Source of the DNA: Hydrurus foetidus
Taxonomy: Eukaryota
DNA length: 20,000 nt
Assembly (NCBI GenBank): GCA_900617105.1
Contig: UYFQ01000836.1
Location: 49,663 to 69,662, forward strand
Reading direction: 5' to 3'
Positions 1-20,000 of the stretch are shown one piece after another (position 1 is the first letter of the stretch; every line of letters begins with the position of its first letter). The position numbers and the translations under genes are program-made. Under the pieces are notes generated by a model. That model was not told the origin of the DNA. It ran no database searches and saw only the letters and a list, made by a program, of their open reading frames with translations.

Positions 1-682
1 GTAAGTAACGGTTTTTATTACGATTGCTGAATATCTATTTTGAATGAACGGCATCAAACATGAAGGTGGAGCAGCGAATATGAGTCAATAATGGCATTAT
101 GTACAGACTCGTCAGGAGATTAAGTGTGCAAAGTGAAAAGCCAATTAAGTGTCGTGATTTACTGATTATTTGTTACACTTTCATACTGAACCCAGACCAC
201 CAGACAACAAAAAACATCTTCGCATTTTCCTTATTTTCTCTTTGTTCTACTTGAAAAATTCTGTGGAGTTTTATGAGGCAAAAAGTATCAAGGGAGCAAT
301 GTTGGAAACAGTGTTTTACACTTTACACTGTTTTCAGTCAGTCGCTCTGACATTTTTATTTTATTCTATCCCTTTAATGCGATGGCAGTCAAATGGACAT
401 CAGGAAATATTCATTTGCGATTGATACCTCCTGACTTTTTCAGTACCTAATTATCAGAATGTCGAACCAATTACGAGATGGATCGATAGAGTCTGAAAGT
501 ACCAAAACAAAGAACAAAAAAAGAAAAAAAGAGCAGTCATGTCCGAAATAGAGTTAGTTCAGTTAGTTAAATCGAAAACTAGAGAACAGAGATGAGAAAG
601 AAGGTGTGGGCGAGGAACAACGAATAGAATAAGATGATAAAAGAGAACGGTTTCGGAATAGCGAGGTATCAAACTGTACGTT

Positions 683-977
683 CTAGTATCTTTTCTTTTT
701 CGGCTCATCAGTCGAGACAGTTGATGATGCACTTCTCTTCACACCACTGTTAGAAGAAGGAAAAGAGGTAGAAGAAACAGAAGAAGAGTTAGTGATTGAA
801 GTAGAGTATAGACTTCCTCTGGCTTTCGTCAGTTTCTTCCTGTTGCGCGGGTTTGGCCGTTTATCCGTTATAATTCCTCCTGTAACTAAATCATCGATAC
901 TCGTTAGTACCCTGACACTGCGTGGAATCTGGGTCTTAGGTCCGTCTGATTTCCGTGTAAGAAGAGCTTTCAAAATT
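683..977 (-). CDS. MTase-like gene exon 5 (terminal, basic/Ser-rich)
   Basis: Acceptor ttttacag|, ILKALLTRK...NPRNRKK...PKKKRY*, stop TAG at 685-683. Confidence 0.75.
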
Positions 978-3900
978 CTGTAAAAACGAAAAACGGAATT
1001 TCGGCAATGTGATTAGCTGTTCACAGTGACTGGTGGCAGGAGAAATGAAGAGGTGGGTAGTGAGGGAGTGAATGAATGGCTGAGTAGGGGAGTTAGTAAG
1101 TGAGTGGGTTGTGGGGTGTTATGATATGCAATACTATTACATGCTTTACACCGTACATTGTACCGTAGATTATACCGTGTATTATACCGTACATCATACC
1201 GTACATTGCACTGTATGATGCATTACAACACGTTATGATGTCTAGGATACAATGCGACACGTTCTAATATGTCGTACGTATGTTGGGTTGCGATATGGTG
1301 CATGTTACACAGTATTTAGTGTGACAGTCACCTGTCCGTCATACTACATTTCGCGACACTTATTGCGCTGCCATCATATTTTTCTTCCACTCCTCTCTGT
1401 GTGTCACTGTCTTTGTTCTTGATGCCTTTTTTACCAGTCTTTACATCAATGTCACCACTATTTTTCATATTTTTACTATTTTCAGTGTTGTTACTACAGC
1501 TAACGGTTATGTCGGAACTATAACTGATTCCAGAATTATTTTGAAATCCTCCTATAAACCAAGAGGAAAAAAAGGGGGGTATTTCCTTGCCCGTTCCGTC
1601 CGGATGTCTGTACTCGTAACTGTCGGGGGGGAGAAGGTACAGTACAGCGCGTTCGTACGTACTGTTTGTTTCAGACCTGTCATTTTCTACTGTTTTATTA
1701 TTGTCTTTATTGTTCTTATTCTTGCTGTTACCACTATCAGCAATACTGTTGTTGCTGCTACTGCTTGATGTGCCTGTGGGCGCAGTACAGCCAATGCAAA
1801 GAAAGAAAAGAAAAGAGAGAAATAAGAATATAAGTAGAAATGATGCCATAAAATAAACAAATGCTGCGATGAAAAAAAACAATGGAGTACAGTGTGGCAG
1901 TGAAATAAATAATTCAGATATTCCTCACCTTTAATTTCATTTTTTAGCATAGCATTGTATGGGATCTTGGACTCTAATTCCGTCACGAATTCCTTCCAGT
2001 AAGATTTGTTGGCCGTGTAAGCCGGAAGCAACAGGGCGAACGGCTTGCCCTGGTACCGGCTATCGTCGACTTCTTTATTCTCCCTATTAAATGAAAATAA
2101 ATAGAGGGATTTCAAATTTAAATAATCATAAGATATTGATACTAAAATGGAAGATGTTGATACTATTTCAAGTATCTCTGATAGAGTTGAACGAGATGAA
2201 ATGCCTTGATACTGGTACCACAATAAATTCTATTCTAATAGCAGTACCACAAAATACCATATTGTCATACACACATGTACACTTACACACACACGTACGT
2301 ACGTACGTACCTGTTATTCTTTTTTCTCGATGACGTCAGTAGGAATTTGAGAAGTTTCTGTTTATGCTCTCCACTATACGGTGGATTAGTAACGAGTATG
2401 TCGTAATCCGGTATACCCTGCATAGCGACGTCAGCATAGAAATCTCTGTTTCTGTTTACCACCTTACATAACATAATGCATTAGAGGGGTCGGAATGAAG
2501 CAGCAGTATTGTATTATTTCGAAGTATTTTTGACGAATATAGATTGATAAAAGTTGCTATCAGCGGTCATTTTCGAGTAAAAAACATGTTTTTCCTGTTT
2601 TAGTAATAACTTTGACAGCGACATGAGAATGGAGGTTACTTGCTAGTTCAGGCTAATCAATAGACGCAACATAACATAACGTAACATAACATAACATAAC
2701 GATTTTAAGATTGATTTGACAAAGTGGTGCTACAATGTCAAACAAGCATCAGCCAGAAGAAAGACTGAAAAAAAGCACCTGATCCAACTCAGGTGCTACC
2801 TAAGTTGGATCAGGTACAGTACAGTACAGTACAGTACAGTACAGTACAGTACAGTAAAGGGCACCGTAGAACAGAGTGTAATTCAATAGAATAGAATAGA
2901 ATAGAATACGATAGAATAGAATAGAATACGATAGAATAGAATAGAATAGAATGTAATAGAATAGAGGAGAATAGAATAGAATAAGATAGAATAAGATAGA
3001 ATAGAATAGAATAAGATAGAATAGAATAGAATAGAATAGAATAGAATAGAATAAGATAGAATAGAATAGAATAGAATAGAATGTAATAGAATAAGATAGA
3101 ATTGAATTGAATTGAATTGAAGTAAATTGAATAGATTAGAATTGAATAGAAAAAGAGTTTAGAGGACTGAAAAAAAGTAGAGTTCAGTAAACTACAGTAT
3201 ATTACGTCATATTAAAGGATACCTATCGTCTTTCAATTTTTTCTAGAGCCGCTACCTAGTACTACAAATATCCATAAAAATTCTACAGTTTCTATTCTTC
3301 AGAAAAAAGACAATTATACAGATCCAAGAAATGTAATTTATACAGAGAATAAAATATGATGGTTGATGCTGTGTGTTGTGCCGGCAATCAATTAATAGCA
3401 TCAAGAAAGGAAAAGAAGAGAGTAGAGGAGAATAGATAAAGAGCAGATAAACAAAAATAAAAGATGTGTCAGTACTCATGTAAATGCTTCATTCTATGAA
3501 ATATTTCTGTAATCAATTACAACAAAAACTTGATTTTCAGGTGTACATAACGAATCACTTGAATAATTACTTTTGTTCATATGCATAGATAATACAAATT
3601 ATTCTGTATCATTTATTGCACCTTAGGAAAGCCCAGTCCAGCAAGCATCTGCACCATCTCTCCCTGACAGTAGTAAGGATCGTAGATAATCAATTCTGAT
3701 GGAGCTTTTCCGAGTTGTTCTGCCAGCGTTAGGAACATTGGAAGGATGTCCACGTACGCAACAGAAGGAGTTTCGAAATGATCATTATAATCAACTGCAA
3801 AGTTCCAAATGTCTTTTGATTCTTTCCCACTGCTCTTCACGTATTCTCTTTCTGCAGTATCTTTCTTTGAATTCTCCTTTTTAACTTCTTTCTTCGCAGG

Positions 3901-4404
3901 AAGAATTTTCGGTTTTGTTTTTTGGTTTACGGAGTCTTTGAGAATAGCAATAGGTGCTACTCGATCTTTGGAATTGCTACTCTCTTTCTGATCCACGTCA
4001 GCACCAACATCGCCTGTCGGTGCGATTTTGCTTTTTTTGTCTTTTTTCGTAGTCAGGTTATCTTTTGGTACTACTTCAGCAGCGACGTCTGGATTCGATT
4101 CAGAACACTCTCTCACAAGAGCGGCCAACTCAGCCATCAGGTCGGAATCCATTTCTGACTCTTGGTCACCTGATGTAACAACGTCGGCTATCAGATCATC
4201 ATCAGAGCTTTCACGAGGCGTCCGTAAACGTTTCGCTTTTTTAGGGACTGTCACTGTCAATGCCGCAGGAGCTTTGTTGATAGTCAGTATCCCTGCCGTC
4301 ATTGAGGGTTTCTCTGCCTCTGCATTGCAATTTGATCCGAGCTCTTTTAAGGCGGCCTTCTTCTTCAATCGACGCTTTTGTTTGCTGGTCAACTCGACTT
4401 CCAT
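683..4404 (-). CDS. Spliced gene, putative N6-adenine/amino methyltransferase-like protein (NPPY motif), 608 aa; complement(join(683..977,1332..1773,1929..2083,2311..2462,3622..4404))
   Basis: Five exons join in phase (783+152+155+442+295=1827 nt) with GT donors and AG acceptors. The spliced protein reads DHFETP...IYDPYYCQG...GFPK|VVNRNRDFY...DILVTNPPYS...KPFALLLP...PPFFSSWF, the motif order of Rossmann-fold amino-methyltransferases. An in-frame TAA lies 8 codons upstream of ATG 4404. Confidence 0.8.
1332..1773 (-). CDS. MTase-like gene exon 4
   Basis: Acceptor ccacag|, S/N-rich linker then VLYLLPPDSYEYRHPDGTGKEIPPFFSSWFIGGF, donor AG|gtgact, phase 2. Confidence 0.75.
1929..2083 (-). CDS. 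MTase-like gene exon 3
   Basis: Acceptor ttaatag|, ENKEVDD...GKPFALLLPAYTANKSYW..., donor G|gtgagg, phase 1. Confidence 0.8.
2311..2462 (-). CDS. MTase-like gene exon 2 (NPPY catalytic motif)
   Basis: Acceptor tgtaag|, VVNRNRDFY...TNPPYSGEHK..., donor AG|gtacgt, phase 2. Confidence 0.85.
2777..2815. repeat. 39-bp near-perfect inverted repeat
   Basis: acctgatccaactcaggt-gct-acctaagttggatcaggt, 17/18 paired. Confidence 0.85.
2814..2856. repeat. (CAGTA)n microsatellite
   Basis: Direct reading. Confidence 0.9.
2885..3150. repeat. (AATAG)n microsatellite grading into (AATTG)n
   Basis: Direct reading. Confidence 0.92.
3622..4404 (-). CDS. MTase-like gene exon 1 (K/E/D-rich N-terminal arm plus start of catalytic domain)
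   Basis: 261 codons, MEVELTSKQKRR...DPYYCQGEMVQMLAGLGFPK; donor AAG|gtgcaa, phase 0. Confidence 0.85.
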
Positions 4405-5489
4405 CTTCTCAGTTGGCCGAGTAAGTTATGTAAACTTTGCGACAAGAGTAAGGAGATTTTTCTCAGCGTGAATCAAGGAATTTCTGTATTCGCGAAGCAA
4501 ACTGGTCCGGCACCTGGCTCAGTTTCAATCTCAAAGCTGCTGAATTGTGCTCCTGCAATCTGAAAGCTGGTAGATCGAGATGGAAATTGATGCACAATGA
4601 GAGGACATGGTGGACAGCGGTATAGGTTTGATAAGCCCGGATTCGACCGTTCCCTCTGGTGCAAATTGTGGAACTCCGTTTCCGAACTGTACCTAACTGC
4701 AAGCTAGCGTAACATTTCATCATTGATTTTAAGGAATGCATCTTTGAATTTAGCGACTGAATGAACATTGCATATCTTGAAAGAAATGGCATGAAATTTT
4801 ATTGTAAATTATGAAGTAGATATTCAATTTCAGCACTGTAATGTACTGTGTGCATGTGACTTCATATTGTGCACATTATGCTCGCTGATGGTTATGAAAT
4901 ATTTCAAGTCAGAAAATGAGAACATATTCGAATTCAAAACTTAAATTTTAGTTTACATTGTAGCCCATCGCCGTAGAATGTCTTGATATATCTTCAATTA
5001 TTCTCGAATTCTCTCGGCGTTAAGGTCTAACGCCATTAGAAACTATAAAATGCCTCAATTTGGACAGCAATTATCTGCGATTGGTAGTTGTTCTTCATCT
5101 TGTTCATCCACATTAAGTGTCACTCCCGCATTTCTGCAGCTGGGAGAAATGTACGGGTGCCGTACCTTCACAATGGATTTTTGAATTTGAAAACTCCTGT
5201 AATATAAACGAAATCAAATGCTGGAGAATATGAGACTCATGCCATGTGATGTGCTAATTGACAGCTCAAGCTGAGTCTGTAATACCTTCCAATCTTCTCT
5301 GCTCTCCTAATAATCATAAGGATAACGGATCGCTATTTCTGTTCTGTTGTATATATGGAATCACCCGAAGATATTACCACCATTTGGTATTCGGCATAAT
5401 ACCTCTACGTGCAGCTTTTTGATCCGAACTGGACAGTCTCACGGTTCCAACATCGATATCAGGCCATAGCCAGCGGCTTGCTGTAGAAA
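4405..5489. promoter_or_regulatory. Divergent intergenic region (candidate bidirectional promoter and 5' UTRs)
   Basis: 1085 bp between the two outward-facing ATGs and free of simple repeats; no specific promoter motif recognised (inferred from position only). Confidence 0.5.
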
Positions 5490-19821
<14,332 letters not shown>

Positions 19822-20000
19822 GTGAATAAATTAAACAGCAGTCTAGAGTGTCATGTGTCCTATTGTGCGATTGACTTTACAAGCCTTAACAATGGATGAA
19901 TGAATCACAATAATAGTAGGTATCAGTGAATTCTGATGTTTATTAAACTCATTAATCATACCCACTCTCGAGTGAAGGGTGGTGTAGTGTAGTGTAGTGC

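Noticed and set aside
1..460. GTAAGT at position 1 and a possible terminal exon of an upstream plus-strand gene; ORF 170..424
   Set aside because: No recognisable protein sequence and no upstream context to test phase.
3256..3368. Possible cryptic minus-strand exon after a pyrimidine tract (cacag|...AG|gtagcg)
   Set aside because: 113 nt would frameshift exon 2 and interrupt the contiguous GFPK|VVNRNRDF segment; AT-rich and not coding-like.
3699..4563. Several plus-strand ORFs
   Set aside because: Antisense shadows of MTase exon 1 with no recognisable motifs.
5016..5034. 7-bp stem ggcgtta/taacgcc in the intergenic region
   Set aside because: Expected by chance; no tRNA or snRNA structure around it.

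Overview
Eukaryotic, intron-rich and microsatellite-rich genomic DNA; it looks like a protist (possibly a stramenopile), but taxonomy cannot be established from sequence alone. Two divergently transcribed genes are separated by about 1.1 kb. (1) Minus strand, 5 exons (4404->683, 608 aa): an uncharacterised SAM-dependent amino-(N6-adenine-type) methyltransferase-like protein with DxxETP / DPYYCxG / NPPY motifs, long charged low-complexity arms and basic NLS-like ends. (2) Plus strand, at least 22 exons (5490->19821 or beyond, about 895 codons): a RAD54 SNF2-family DNA translocase with all helicase motifs intact and an atypical C-terminal extension. I reconstructed all exons by hand from GT-AG boundaries and phase continuity. 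The introns hold many simple repeats and a 173-185 bp fold-back MITE-like family flanked by ATCT direct repeats (2 full copies, 1 half copy whose interior is amplified into a 30-bp minisatellite, 1 orphan end). They also hold two unrelated palindromic elements. Many introns show a G-rich 5' part and a C-rich 3' part. Most ORFs in the supplied track are repeat-derived or antisense artefacts.
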